From contig JAUSEE010000001.1 in assembly GCA_030650095.1 (NCBI GenBank), positions 8,199 through 72,198 on the forward strand: a stretch of 64,000 nt of DNA, in the 5' to 3' direction. The notes beneath the pieces were generated by a model. The model was not told the origin of the DNA and ran no database searches. It worked only from the letters and a program-made list of their open reading frames with translations. Source of the DNA: Candidatus Buchananbacteria bacterium (lineage in GTDB: Bacteria; Patescibacteriota; Patescibacteriia; 2-01-FULL-39-33). Of this stretch, positions 29,311 through 38,939 are shown piece after piece (positions within the stretch are counted from its first letter, which is position 1; each line of letters starts with the position of its first letter). The translations under genes and the position numbers were made by a program.

Positions 29311-31788
29311 ATGGAAGAGACTTTTGAAAAATTTTCCAACAACTATAAAAAATCATTAAAAAAAGCAGCCGAACTGGCTACTGATCTTGGGCATGAACTG
29401 ATAAACCCTTGGCATATACTCTACGGTCTCATCTCCCAAAGGGGCAGCGTGGGCGCAGAACTTTTAACCTCTTTGGAAATAAAAACAGATGATATTAGGA
29501 ATAATATCGCCAGAATGTCGCAAGGCGATTTTAAAATAGAATTAAAAACAGCGCCTAAATTTTCCCAGCCGGCTAAAAGAATAATTCAGAAATCCATAAA
29601 GATTGCCTACATCAACGAACATAAATACATCGGCACCGAACATCTTTTGGCGGCTATTTTAGAAGCCAATGATGCTAACGTGGAAAGTTTGCTTAATCTG
29701 CTCAAGGTTTCTAAAAATGAAGTTTCCCAGCAAGTTATTGCCATTTTAAAAAGCGCCTCAAAAATACCGGCCCTAACCGAAACCTTCAAAGTCATAGAAA
29801 AAGAAGAAGATTATGAAGATTATGACTTTTTGGAAAAGAAACAATCGGTTTTGGATTTATTCGGCACCGAACTAACCTCCAAGAGAATGCAGAAAAAGAT
29901 TGACTCCGTTATCGGCCGAGACGAGGAAATACTTAGGATTATCCATATACTTTCCAGAAGAAATAAAAACAATCCCATCATTTTGGGCGAACCGGGCGTG
30001 GGAAAAACAGCCATTGTCGAGGGCTTGGCTAAAAAGATTGTAAATGGCGAAGTGCCCGAAACGCTTTTAAATAAAAAAATTTATATGCTGGATTTAACCT
30101 CAACTGTTTCCGGCACTATGTACCGTGGCGAATTTGAGGGCCGAATCAAACAAATAATTGATGAGGTTAGAAACAGGCCGGAAGTTATTCTATTTATAGA
30201 TGAAATACATAATATCGTCGGCACCGGCTCGGCTTCCGGCTCTATGGATGCCGCCAATATTTTAAAACCGGCTTTAGCGCGCGGTGAAATAAGATGCATC
30301 GGCGCCACCACTTTTGGCGATTACAGGAAGAGTATAGAAAACGATCCGGCTCTTAACAGAAGATTCCAGCCGGTTAAGCTGGTTGAACCGTCAGAAATCC
30401 AAACCAAAGAAATTCTGCAAGGCATTAAAAATTATTTTGAAAATTTCCATCGGGTAGAGATAAGCGATGAAGCTATAAACTTTTCCGTGGAACTGAGCCA
30501 AAAATACATCACCGACAAATTTTTGCCGGATAAAGCCATTGATCTTATAGATGAAGCCAGCGCCGCCATTAGGGTCAACAAAAAGCCTTCCGCTTTGGAA
30601 CAAAAAATAAAAAAATTAAGATTAGATATCTTAGAGTTGCAAAAAAAGAAAAATCAAGCCGTAATAGATGAAAATTATGATTTAGCTATCAAGCTAAAAA
30701 ACCAAAGCCAGGAATTGGAAGATGAATTATCTAAGATGGAGGAGCGAATTAAAACGCAAAAAGATAAAATGATCGGTACCATCTTTGGACATGATATCGC
30801 CAAAATAGTGGCTAAATCAACCGGCATACCAGCCGAAGATTTAATCGCCTCGGAAAAAAGAAAAATCATGCGCTTGGATAACTCACTGCAAAAGAAAATT
30901 ATCGGCCAAGATAAGGCGACCAGCTCTATTGCGCAATTCATAAAAAGAGCCAAAGCCGGACTCACACCAGAAAACAAGCCTCTGGCTTCATTTTTACTCC
31001 TAGGACCAAGCGGCACGGGTAAAACCCATACAGCCAGAATATTGGCCGAGGAATTATTCGGCCAACGCGATGCTTTGATCAAAATAGACATGTCCGAATA
31101 CAGTGAAAAATTCAATACTTCCAAATTAATAGGCGCTCCGGCCGGTTATGTCGGTTACAAGGAAAGCGGCCAATTGACCGAAAAAGTAAAACATAAGCCC
31201 TACTCCATAGTTTTGTTTGATGAAATCGAAAAAGCCAACCCCGACATTTTTGATCTTCTACTGCAGGTATTGGAAGACGGTTATTTAACCGACGCCGCCG
31301 GCACTAGAATAAATTTCCGCAATACTATCATTATTATGACTTCCAATATCGGCTCCCAGCACTTTAGCGATAAAAATGAGATGATTGGCTTTGATTCTCA
31401 GACTGGTAAAATTAACAGCCGGCCGAAAGAAAAAATAATGGAAGAAATTAAGGATTTCTTTAAAATAGAATTCATCAACAGACTGGATGAGATTATTTAT
31501 TTTTCTCCCCTCTTGGAAAATGACTTGGAAAAAATAACCAAACTTGAATTTGATGATTTAGCTTCAAAATTATCCAGAAAAGGCATCCAGGCTGAATTTG
31601 ATCAATCAGTGGCCAAAATCATTGCCAAAGAAAGCCAAAAAATTGATCAGGGCGCCAGAGGCATTAAAAAAACCATGCAAAAAATGATAGAATCGATTAT
31701 CTCACAAAAAATGTTGGAAGATGAAATAACTGCCGGCTCAATTATAAAAATAACAGCTGAAAAGGGAAAGATTAAAATTAAGGTTTAA
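29311..31788 (+). CDS. clpC: Clp/Hsp100 AAA+ ATPase, ClpC-like
   Basis: Two Clp_N repeats; Walker A GEPGVGKTA in NBD1 and GPSGTGKT in NBD2; short UVR-like coiled coil; 825 aa. Confidence 0.8.
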   Translation: MEETFEKFSNNYKKSLKKAAELATDLGHELINPWHILYGLISQRGSVGAELLTSLEIKTDDIRNNIARMSQGDFKIELKTAPKFSQPAKRIIQKSIKIAYINEHKYIGTEHLLAAILEANDANVESLLNLLKVSKNEVSQQVIAILKSASKIPALTETFKVIEKEEDYEDYDFLEKKQSVLDLFGTELTSKRMQKKIDSVIGRDEEILRIIHILSRRNKNNPIILGEPGVGKTAIVEGLAKKIVNGEVPETLLNKKIYMLDLTSTVSGTMYRGEFEGRIKQIIDEVRNRPEVILFIDEIHNIVGTGSASGSMDAANILKPALARGEIRCIGATTFGDYRKSIENDPALNRRFQPVKLVEPSEIQTKEILQGIKNYFENFHRVEISDEAINFSVELSQKYITDKFLPDKAIDLIDEASAAIRVNKKPSALEQKIKKLRLDILELQKKKNQAVIDENYDLAIKLKNQSQELEDELSKMEERIKTQKDKMIGTIFGHDIAKIVAKSTGIPAEDLIASEKRKIMRLDNSLQKKIIGQDKATSSIAQFIKRAKAGLTPENKPLASFLLLGPSGTGKTHTARILAEELFGQRDALIKIDMSEYSEKFNTSKLIGAPAGYVGYKESGQLTEKVKHKPYSIVLFDEIEKANPDIFDLLLQVLEDGYLTDAAGTRINFRNTIIIMTSNIGSQHFSDKNEMIGFDSQTGKINSRPKEKIMEEIKDFFKIEFINRLDEIIYFSPLLENDLEKITKLEFDDLASKLSRKGIQAEFDQSVAKIIAKESQKIDQGARGIKKTMQKMIESIISQKMLEDEITAGSIIKITAEKGKIKIKV

Positions 31789-31803
31789 TATTTATCGTTT
31801 AGC

Positions 31804-31830
31804 AAAAAATCCGCTTTAAGCGGATTTTTT
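31804..31830 (+). terminator. Rho-independent terminator of clpC
   Basis: aaaaatccgc-tttaa-gcggatttttt. Confidence 0.7.
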
Positions 31831-31845
31831 AATAACAGAAATTTT

Positions 31846-32320
31846 TTGTCATCCCGAGCCTATCCTTACTGTCATTGCGAGGCACGAAGCAATCCCGTGT
31901 GATATGAATATATCTGTCATCCCGAGCGTAGTCGAGGGATCCCTTTTTATTTAATATATAATTCCTCTTGTTACTTTTGGTCCGCCAAAAGTAACCAAAA
32001 GCTCGCGAACGTAAAAAATCATATCATTTGGCCTCCCGATATATCGGGAAGCACAATATTTTTTAATGTTCGCCTTATTTTATTATAATTTTATAAATAA
32101 ACATGGCGACAATTGAAAAGACTGTCATTGCGAGGGAGCGGAGCGAACGAAGTAATCTTATGTTTATATCACCTGGGATTGCTTCGCTATGCTCGCAATG
32201 ACTTCTTGAAACATTTTGCGGCCAAAAGGTTTCAAGAGGATATTTGGCGGACCAAAAGTAACAGAAGAAAATTTCCTTGGCTTGTTATTATAAAAAATGT
32301 TATAATAAATAAATAATTTA
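31846..32320. repeat. Composite intergenic repeat region A. It contains hairpin modules gtcatcccgagc..., gtcattgcgagg...gaagcaatc (31871-31895 and 32124-32202), ttgttacttttggtccgccaaaagtaacc..., gcacaatattttttaatgttcgcc... and ttttgcggccaaaaggttt. Paralogous to region B.
   Basis: Multiple 20-60 bp blocks identical or near-identical to blocks in 38940-39650. Confidence 0.8.
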
Positions 32321-32328
32321 AGGTAAAA

Positions 32329-32982
32329 ATGTCAGATAATTTAGCCCATAAATTAAATAATTTTGGTTTAGGCTCTCCAACCCGTCCGGCACCGGAAAGG
32401 AACGATTTTTATGATTCAACCTCACCGGAATTAGCCCTTAACAGAATGAAATACCAAGCCCGCCAGCCACAGAACGAAACAGCTAAACCGGATAAACCAG
32501 CCAGAGATAATAAGGGTGGAAGCACGGCTAATCAACTTAGCCAAGCTAAAAATATCGCCACCAAAGCCCTGTCCGGCGAGGGTGATACTGAAGAAGTTGC
32601 GGAATTAGGAGCTAAAACCGGAACAGCCTGGCTTTTAACCACCCTCTGGGGCTCAGTTTGGCTTGACTACACACTACTGTCCCTTTTGGGACTAAACGCC
32701 ATGTTGGTTGTTTCTCTGGTTTTGCCCAACTATGTCTGCCAATTCGGCGACGATTATCTAATAGGCAAATGGATACCCAGCAGGGATTTAGCCAAATGGA
32801 CAGAAATAATCATACTCATGGTTATAAATGTGATGGTTTTCTCAATTATTATCATATCGGTAGTGTTTATTTATAAGCTAGTCGCTTGTGGCACATGGGA
32901 TCTCTTCAATATTGCTCTATCTGGAGTATTGCCAGGCGGAGATACTGTTCTTTCTGAAGCGCAAAAAAGATGTTTTCAATAA
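32329..32982 (+). CDS. Hypothetical polytopic membrane protein
   Basis: Four predicted transmembrane segments; no family recognised. Confidence 0.5.
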   Translation: MSDNLAHKLNNFGLGSPTRPAPERNDFYDSTSPELALNRMKYQARQPQNETAKPDKPARDNKGGSTANQLSQAKNIATKALSGEGDTEEVAELGAKTGTAWLLTTLWGSVWLDYTLLSLLGLNAMLVVSLVLPNYVCQFGDDYLIGKWIPSRDLAKWTEIIILMVINVMVFSIIIISVVFIYKLVACGTWDLFNIALSGVLPGGDTVLSEAQKRCFQ

Positions 32983-32999
32983 ATCAATAACTTTAAAAT

Positions 33000-34250
33000 A
33001 TGAATTTAGATTGGAAAAAAATAGGCATTATCGCTTTATTCATCGGCGCTGTAGTTTTGTTTGGCTTTTTTATTTATTACTTCTTTTTCCGCCCGTTATT
33101 TTTGCCGACCGCTCCTGGAGATGAAAATATCAACCAAGTAAACGGACAACTGCCGGCCACTGTCAATATCAATGGGCGAATATATATCGTAGATTCCAAT
33201 ACCGGACTGCCGATACTCAATGCCAATGCCGATGATATAACTAATATTCCTACAAGCGAACAGCCATCAGCCACGGCCCAAGGCGGCCTAACCCAAGTTA
33301 GCCAACTAACCAATTCGCCGTCGCTTTTTTCGGCCACCTATAACAACGGCCAAGTAATTTATTACAACCCCAAAGACGGAAAATTTTATGTTATTTCCGC
33401 TGATGGAACAATTAAAGAGTTTAACAGCCAGGTATTTCATAATGTCAGCCAAGTGACTTGGTCGCAAAATAGAAACAAAGCTGTCTTAGAATATCCGGAC
33501 GGATCAAATATAATTTATGATTTTACCACCGGCAAGCAATTAACCCTGCCTCAGCATTGGTACGATTTTAATTTTTCTCCCACCGATCAGCAAATAGCTT
33601 TCAAAAGTGATGCGCTTGATCCGGAAAACAGGTTCTTGGCCGTTTCGCAATTAGACGGCTCCCAACCGATTATTTTGGAAAATATAAGTGATCAGGGGGA
33701 TAGGTTTACAGTTAATTGGTCGCCCAACAAACAAATGGTGGCCACCTACTCCCAAGGCAAGGATTTGGATAAATCAGAAATTTATTTTGTCGGCTTGGAC
33801 AACGAAAATTTTAAATATATGCTGGTAGAAGGCCGTGATTTTAGAGGCCAGTGGTCCCCCACCGGGGACAAGATGGTTTATAGTGTTTACAGCTCCAGTA
33901 ACAATTTCAAGCCTCAACTTTGGATTTCCGATGCCAACCCTGATTCCATCGGCAATAATCGCCGCAGCCTGGGATTGGAAACCTGGTCTGATAAGTGCAC
34001 CTTTTCCGGCAATAACAAAGTTTATTGCGCCGTACCGACAATTCTGCCATCCGGAGCCGGCTTAAACGACAAAATAGCCAATAGCATAGCCGATCAGATA
34101 TACGAAATCAATCTAGAAACCGGAGCTAAGACTTTAATAGCCAGTCCTAATGGTGATCATACTATTTACAATATGATTGTTAATGAAAATCTTAAATATC
34201 TGATATTCACCGATAAAAATAACAATAGAATTTATAAAATTAACTTGTAA
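33000..34250 (+). CDS. Membrane-anchored TolB-like (PD40) beta-propeller protein
   Basis: N-terminal transmembrane helix, then repeated W-x-P/S-D-G-x-x-i/v blades (VTWSQNRNKAVLEYPDGS, FNFSPTDQQIAF, VNWSPNKQMVAT, GQWSPTGDKMVY). Confidence 0.6.
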   Translation: MNLDWKKIGIIALFIGAVVLFGFFIYYFFFRPLFLPTAPGDENINQVNGQLPATVNINGRIYIVDSNTGLPILNANADDITNIPTSEQPSATAQGGLTQVSQLTNSPSLFSATYNNGQVIYYNPKDGKFYVISADGTIKEFNSQVFHNVSQVTWSQNRNKAVLEYPDGSNIIYDFTTGKQLTLPQHWYDFNFSPTDQQIAFKSDALDPENRFLAVSQLDGSQPIILENISDQGDRFTVNWSPNKQMVATYSQGKDLDKSEIYFVGLDNENFKYMLVEGRDFRGQWSPTGDKMVYSVYSSSNNFKPQLWISDANPDSIGNNRRSLGLETWSDKCTFSGNNKVYCAVPTILPSGAGLNDKIANSIADQIYEINLETGAKTLIASPNGDHTIYNMIVNENLKYLIFTDKNNNRIYKINL

Positions 34251-34253
34251 AAC

Positions 34254-34331
34254 GTCATTGCGAGGTACGAAGCAATCCTGTGTTTAATAAACCAGAAGAT
34301 TGCTTTGGTCGTTTCACTCCCTCGCAATGAC
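34254..34331. repeat. Palindromic hairpin element (family gtcattgcgagg...gaagcaatc / gattgctt...cctcgcaatgac)
   Basis: 24-nt arms with imperfect complementarity, read directly. Confidence 0.8.
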
Positions 34332-34352
34332 AAGAAAGCCATTTACCTCGTC

Positions 34353-35111
34353 ATGAACAATGGTATCCTAAATAACCAAAATATAAAAATGCTTAGGCAT
34401 AGAAAACCAAATTATTTAAAATTTATTTTGTTGGTACTGGGAGTTATATTTATTTCTTTTCTAATATTGGCTATGTTCACTCGTCCACTGGAAACAAAAA
34501 GCGATCCCCTGGCTGATGCTTTAAAAAATTTTAACCCCCAGTCAAATATCGAATCATCCAATCTTATAAGTTATGTTAAGAAAAATATCATAACCGAGCC
34601 AACTGTTAACCCTGATTCGCCTGTTTTAGGGCCCGCTGATGCTCCCGTAACCATATTTGAATTTTCTTGCTACGGTTGTCCCGCCAGCCGGGATATCCAG
34701 CCAATTTTAAAAGAGGTACTGGCCAAATACCCGGATAAAGTTAAATTGGTTTGGAAAGATTTAACCCTGCCCGATCTTTACCCTCAAGCCGAACTGGCCC
34801 ATTTAGCTTCCAGATGCGCCCAGGAGCAAAGCAAGTTTTGGCCATATCAAGAACAGCTTTGGCAAAATCAAAATGATTTTTCACTCAACAATCTAAAGAA
34901 AATCGGCCAAGATATTGGCCTCAACGCTTCTACACTAAATGATTGCATCACTAGTAAAAAATTCCAAAACTTAATAGACGCCGATGTCAGCGAGGCTGCC
35001 CAGTTGATGATTTCCGGCACTCCCCATTTTTACATCAACAGCCAAGAAATATTCGGCCTAGCCACTTTGGAAGATTTTGAAACTGTTATAAATGCAGAAT
35101 TAAACAGATGA
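34353..35111 (+). CDS. DsbA-family thiol:disulfide oxidoreductase, membrane anchored. The start is uncertain (34353 or 34389); the track's 34305 start lies inside the hairpin repeat.
   Basis: Transmembrane helix and a thioredoxin fold with a CYGC active site. Confidence 0.65.
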   Translation: MNNGILNNQNIKMLRHRKPNYLKFILLVLGVIFISFLILAMFTRPLETKSDPLADALKNFNPQSNIESSNLISYVKKNIITEPTVNPDSPVLGPADAPVTIFEFSCYGCPASRDIQPILKEVLAKYPDKVKLVWKDLTLPDLYPQAELAHLASRCAQEQSKFWPYQEQLWQNQNDFSLNNLKKIGQDIGLNASTLNDCITSKKFQNLIDADVSEAAQLMISGTPHFYINSQEIFGLATLEDFETVINAELNR

Positions 35112-36013
35112 TTAATTTGATAAACAGAAAAATAATTTTTTATTCTTTTCTATTAATAATTTTGTTATCAACTATTTTTTTTAATTTTAGAGCTAACATT
35201 GCTTCGGCCCAGGATGCAGTAGAAGTTGGATCAACAAAACAACTTTTCGTGCCCAATGTTCCTATAGGAGAATTCAAGGGCGGCCAAATTGATAATGAAC
35301 TACTGGGCAAATACTTTGGCGCTTGGTACAATTTCATCGTCGGCACTGTGGGCATACTAGCTACGGTTATTATTATGTGGGGCGGATTCAAATGGCTCAC
35401 TTCCCGGGGAAACTCAGCCGCCATATCCGATGCCAAAGACCGGATTTATTCAGCTTTAATTGGACTATTTTTAGTTTTTTTGTCTTATACTTTGCTCTAT
35501 CTTATCAATCCCAAATTACTCACCATTAATCTGCCTACGCTGGAAAAAGCCCAAACAGATATTATTGAAACACTTCAAAGGGAAGAACCGCAAGGCCAAG
35601 ATATATCTAGTGGGACTCAAATAGACCGGGCCAAACAAGATGCCAACCTGGCAACTTTTACCGGCCAAGGAATAGATGTTCAAACTCCACAAGTACGGCT
35701 TGACGGCCTAACACCGGAAATTATGAATGTCACCCAGCAAGTCAGAGAAGATTTTGGCCAAGACATAACTGTAACTTCCGGCTATGATCCTGAAAGATCA
35801 AACAGAGATTCCCAGCATATTGTGGGTGAAGCCGTTGATTTAGAAAGAAACACTCCCTTTGATAATTTTATGAGAAATGAAGTGATTGGTAATGCGCCAG
35901 AAGTTTGGAGATATAATGACCAGCCAGCCTATAGAGTTAACTACCATGGAGTAGAAATAATAGTCATAGATGAAACTGTAAATAACTGTTGGCACATAGA
36001 CACTAGATACTAG
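35108..36013 (+). CDS. Secreted protein with a TrbC/VirB2-like pilin module fused to a C-terminal M15-family (VanY-like) zinc peptidase domain
   Basis: Signal peptide; two hydrophobic helices separated by TSRGNSAAISDAKDRIYS; C-terminal SGYDPERSNRDSQHIVGEAVDL (SxHxxGxAxD motif). Confidence 0.5.
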   Translation: MINLINRKIIFYSFLLIILLSTIFFNFRANIASAQDAVEVGSTKQLFVPNVPIGEFKGGQIDNELLGKYFGAWYNFIVGTVGILATVIIMWGGFKWLTSRGNSAAISDAKDRIYSALIGLFLVFLSYTLLYLINPKLLTINLPTLEKAQTDIIETLQREEPQGQDISSGTQIDRAKQDANLATFTGQGIDVQTPQVRLDGLTPEIMNVTQQVREDFGQDITVTSGYDPERSNRDSQHIVGEAVDLERNTPFDNFMRNEVIGNAPEVWRYNDQPAYRVNYHGVEIIVIDETVNNCWHIDTRY

Positions 36014-36027
36014 CAATTAAATATTTT

Positions 36028-36900
36028 ATGCTAAAACCAAAAAAATTCTTAGCAGTTGCTCTAATATTATTTTTGATGTTGCCCTTAATTCTAGCAGCCC
36101 AAAGCCCGGACCAAGCAGGAGACCAAAATAGTTGCGACAGCACTGAAGGTTTATGCCTCAATGTGCCCATAGGCAATGTTAAACATGTTTCTGGCTTTGA
36201 GGAATATTTCAAGCTTTGGTATGAATTTATTGTCGGCACTGTGGGCATACTAGCTACGGTTATTATTATGTGGGGCGGATTCAAATGGCTCACTTCCCGG
36301 GGAAACTCAGCCGCCATATCCGATGCCAAAGACCGAATTTATTCGGCGATTATTGGCTTGTTTTTGGTTTTTTTATCTTATAATATTTTAGCTATTATCA
36401 ATCCTAATTTGGTCTCTATAGGCCTCCCCACATTGGGCACGGCTAAAACAGTAACAGTTAGCAGCTCCGGCCGTGGCACTGGCACTGGAAGCAGTTTGCC
36501 TCCATTAGAAGATATAGATACATCGCCGCTACCGGGCTCAATCAACATAGATTACGAATTTATACCAGATGATCCTGAATTAGAAGATTATTGGGAATTT
36601 AATCAAGAAGTTAGATTTTCACCAGACGGCTTGGGCGAATACTGGGCCTCTTGGGATAATATGGGTGACCAGGCAGAAATACTATACTTTTTAAGAGCCT
36701 CCAGAGATTTGGGCATGGACTTTACTATCACCGGAATTCAAACGGGAGAGGGGTTGTTTGAAGTAACTGATAATGGTACAGTTAACCCCGATGATCCGTT
36801 TGATCAAACTTATGTGAGTTTCACACTCGATGGAGAGATTGTGGGTGACATATTGGGAGTCAGGATATCACTGCCCGAGTATTTGCCCAATTTTGATTAA
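36028..36900 (+). CDS. Secreted paralog with the same TrbC/VirB2-like module and an acidic C-terminal domain
   Basis: 104 nt (36232-36335) are 100% identical to 35339-35442; signal peptide; acidic D/E-rich tail. Confidence 0.5.
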   Translation: MLKPKKFLAVALILFLMLPLILAAQSPDQAGDQNSCDSTEGLCLNVPIGNVKHVSGFEEYFKLWYEFIVGTVGILATVIIMWGGFKWLTSRGNSAAISDAKDRIYSAIIGLFLVFLSYNILAIINPNLVSIGLPTLGTAKTVTVSSSGRGTGTGSSLPPLEDIDTSPLPGSINIDYEFIPDDPELEDYWEFNQEVRFSPDGLGEYWASWDNMGDQAEILYFLRASRDLGMDFTITGIQTGEGLFEVTDNGTVNPDDPFDQTYVSFTLDGEIVGDILGVRISLPEYLPNFD

Positions 36901-36917
36901 AAATAAAAATTAGTTCA

Positions 36918-38252
36918 ATGAGTAAAATATCTATAGTTCATGAATGTTCCAATTGCGGCGCTCAATTTTCCAAATGGCAGGGCCGTTGCAATGAATGCGG
37001 ATCATGGGGCACGGTCAGCCAGGAGTCAATTAATTTGGAAACAAAAAAAGACACCCTAGTATCGCCTGACAAGCCAATAAACTTTAACGACATTGGCTTG
37101 CAGGAAAAAGAAAGAATTAAAATAGGCCTAGGCGAAGTGGATAGGGTTTTAGGAGGCGGCCTTGTTGCCGGCTCTTTAGTTTTACTGGGCGGAGACCCAG
37201 GCATAGGCAAATCAACTTTGGCCTTGCAAATAGCCCAAGGCGTGGGTGATACGCTTTATATTTCTGGTGAAGAATCAGCCCACCAGATTAAAATGAGAGC
37301 CAATAGATTAAAATCAAATCTATCCGGCTTAAAGTTTATACCGCAAACCAGCCTGGAAAAAATCATCGCCACTATTTTGGATCAAAAGCCAAAATTAGCC
37401 ATAATCGATTCCATCCAAACTATTAATTCGTCTGATTCAGCAACCGGCATCGGCTCGGCGGCTCAAATCACCGCCTGCACTAGCAAGCTGATGGAACTAT
37501 CAAAAAAATCAGGCATTCCTATAATCATCATAGGCCATGTCACCAAAGAAGGGTTTGTGGCCGGACCAAAAACATTGGAACATCTGGTAGACACGGTGCT
37601 GTATTTGGAAAGCGACAACCGGGATTTCTATAAGATACTTCGAGGCGTCAAAAACAGATTCGGCTCCACCGGAGAGATAGGCGTTTTTGAAATGACCGAA
37701 GTTGGACTGAAAGAAGTGATAAATCCAACTAATATTTTTGTCGAAAGCCACAGCTCCCCTGCTTCCGGCACAGCCATATCTATAATTATGGAAGGCACGC
37801 GCGCTTTTCTGGTAGAAATACAAGCGCTGGCCTCCAAAACCAGTTTTGGCTATCCACAAAGAAAATCAACCGGCTTTGATTTAAACCGCTTGCAAATGAT
37901 CATTGCTGTTATTTCTAAAATGGCCAAGATTAACCTGGCCAACCATGATATTTATTTAAATATTGCCGGCGGTTTAAAAATAAAAGAAACAGCTACTGAT
38001 CTGGCTGTCTGTTTGGCCATAGTTTCGGCTTATTTGGAAAAATCAATAAGCCAAAATCTATTGATTTTAGGCGAAGTGGGACTCTCGGGTGAAATAAGGG
38101 CCGTATCACAAATAGATAGAAGGATAAAAGAGGCTTCTAAACTTAAATTTAACCGTATAATCACTGCCAAAAATCAAGCTATCAGAAATGTAGAGGACTT
38201 AGAAATTATCCAAGTGTCTAACATAAGCGAAGCCATTAGAACCATATCCTAA
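36918..38252 (+). CDS. radA: DNA repair protein RadA/Sms
   Basis: CSNCGAQFSKWQGRCNECGSW zinc finger, Walker A GDPGIGKST, Lon-like C-terminal domain. Confidence 0.9.
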   Translation: MSKISIVHECSNCGAQFSKWQGRCNECGSWGTVSQESINLETKKDTLVSPDKPINFNDIGLQEKERIKIGLGEVDRVLGGGLVAGSLVLLGGDPGIGKSTLALQIAQGVGDTLYISGEESAHQIKMRANRLKSNLSGLKFIPQTSLEKIIATILDQKPKLAIIDSIQTINSSDSATGIGSAAQITACTSKLMELSKKSGIPIIIIGHVTKEGFVAGPKTLEHLVDTVLYLESDNRDFYKILRGVKNRFGSTGEIGVFEMTEVGLKEVINPTNIFVESHSSPASGTAISIIMEGTRAFLVEIQALASKTSFGYPQRKSTGFDLNRLQMIIAVISKMAKINLANHDIYLNIAGGLKIKETATDLAVCLAIVSAYLEKSISQNLLILGEVGLSGEIRAVSQIDRRIKEASKLKFNRIITAKNQAIRNVEDLEIIQVSNISEAIRTIS

Positions 38253-38330
38253 ATTATTACTGTCATTGCGAGGCACGAAGCAATCTCATATTTACATTAC
38301 CTAAGATTGCTTCGCTACGCTCGCAATGAC
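38252..38330. repeat. Palindromic hairpin element (cleanest copy of the family)
   Basis: gtcattgcgaggcacgaagcaatc - 19-nt loop - gattgcttcgctacgctcgcaatgac. Confidence 0.85.
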
Positions 38331-38359
38331 AGAAAACGTAAACAGAAGCAGCAAACAAC

Positions 38360-38902
38360 ATGCCTAAAAAACTGCCACAAAATTTTTACCAATCAGATAC
38401 TCTTAAAGTAGCTAGGGAGCTACTCGGAAAATATCTAATCAGAAAAATTGGTAGTAAAAAAATAATCGGCCAAATAATAGAAACCGAGGCTTACTGCGGA
38501 CCAAACGATTTGGCGTCCCATGCCAGTTGCGGACGCACCGCCAGAACAGAAATTATGTTCGGCCCGGCCGGTTATTTGTATGTTTATATGATCTATGGCA
38601 TGTACTATTGCCTCAATATTGTCACCGAAGAAAAAGACAATCCCAGCGCTGTTTTAATCAGAGCCGTGAAACCTGTTGCCGGCTTAGACTCTAAAATCAA
38701 AACCGACGGGCCGGGCAAATTGTGCCGGGCTTTTAAAATTGATAAAAAACAAAATAATACTAAAGTTTTTGGGAAAGAAGCAGAAATCTGGATTGAAGAT
38801 TGGCAGGAGAAAACAAATAAAATAAAATCTTCACCCCGGATTGGAGTAGACTATGCCCAAGAGTATAGGGATAAGCCTTGGAGATTTTATATTGAAGATT
38901 AA
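38360..38902 (+). CDS. mpg: DNA-3-methyladenine glycosylase (Mpg/AAG family)
   Basis: IETEAYCGPNDLASHA...GPAGYLYVYMIYGMYYCLN core motifs. Confidence 0.8.
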   Translation: MPKKLPQNFYQSDTLKVARELLGKYLIRKIGSKKIIGQIIETEAYCGPNDLASHASCGRTARTEIMFGPAGYLYVYMIYGMYYCLNIVTEEKDNPSAVLIRAVKPVAGLDSKIKTDGPGKLCRAFKIDKKQNNTKVFGKEAEIWIEDWQEKTNKIKSSPRIGVDYAQEYRDKPWRFYIED

Positions 38903-38912
38903 AAAATTCTGG

Positions 38913-38934
38913 GTAATTTTTGTTACGTAGCATG
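38913..38934. repeat. 22-bp perfect palindrome gttacgtagcatgctacgtaac just after the mpg stop
   Basis: Exact dyad symmetry. Confidence 0.7.
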
Positions 38935-38939
38935 CTACG

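Noticed and set aside
32113-32316. 67-aa ORF in repeat region A, and the 34305 start of the DsbA-like ORF
   Set aside because: Both are generated by read-through of the palindromic hairpin repeats.
35140-36329. Two minus-strand ORFs (35140-35436 and 36003-36329) with identical N-termini
   Set aside because: They are antisense read-through of the 104-nt identical block inside the two TrbC-like genes.
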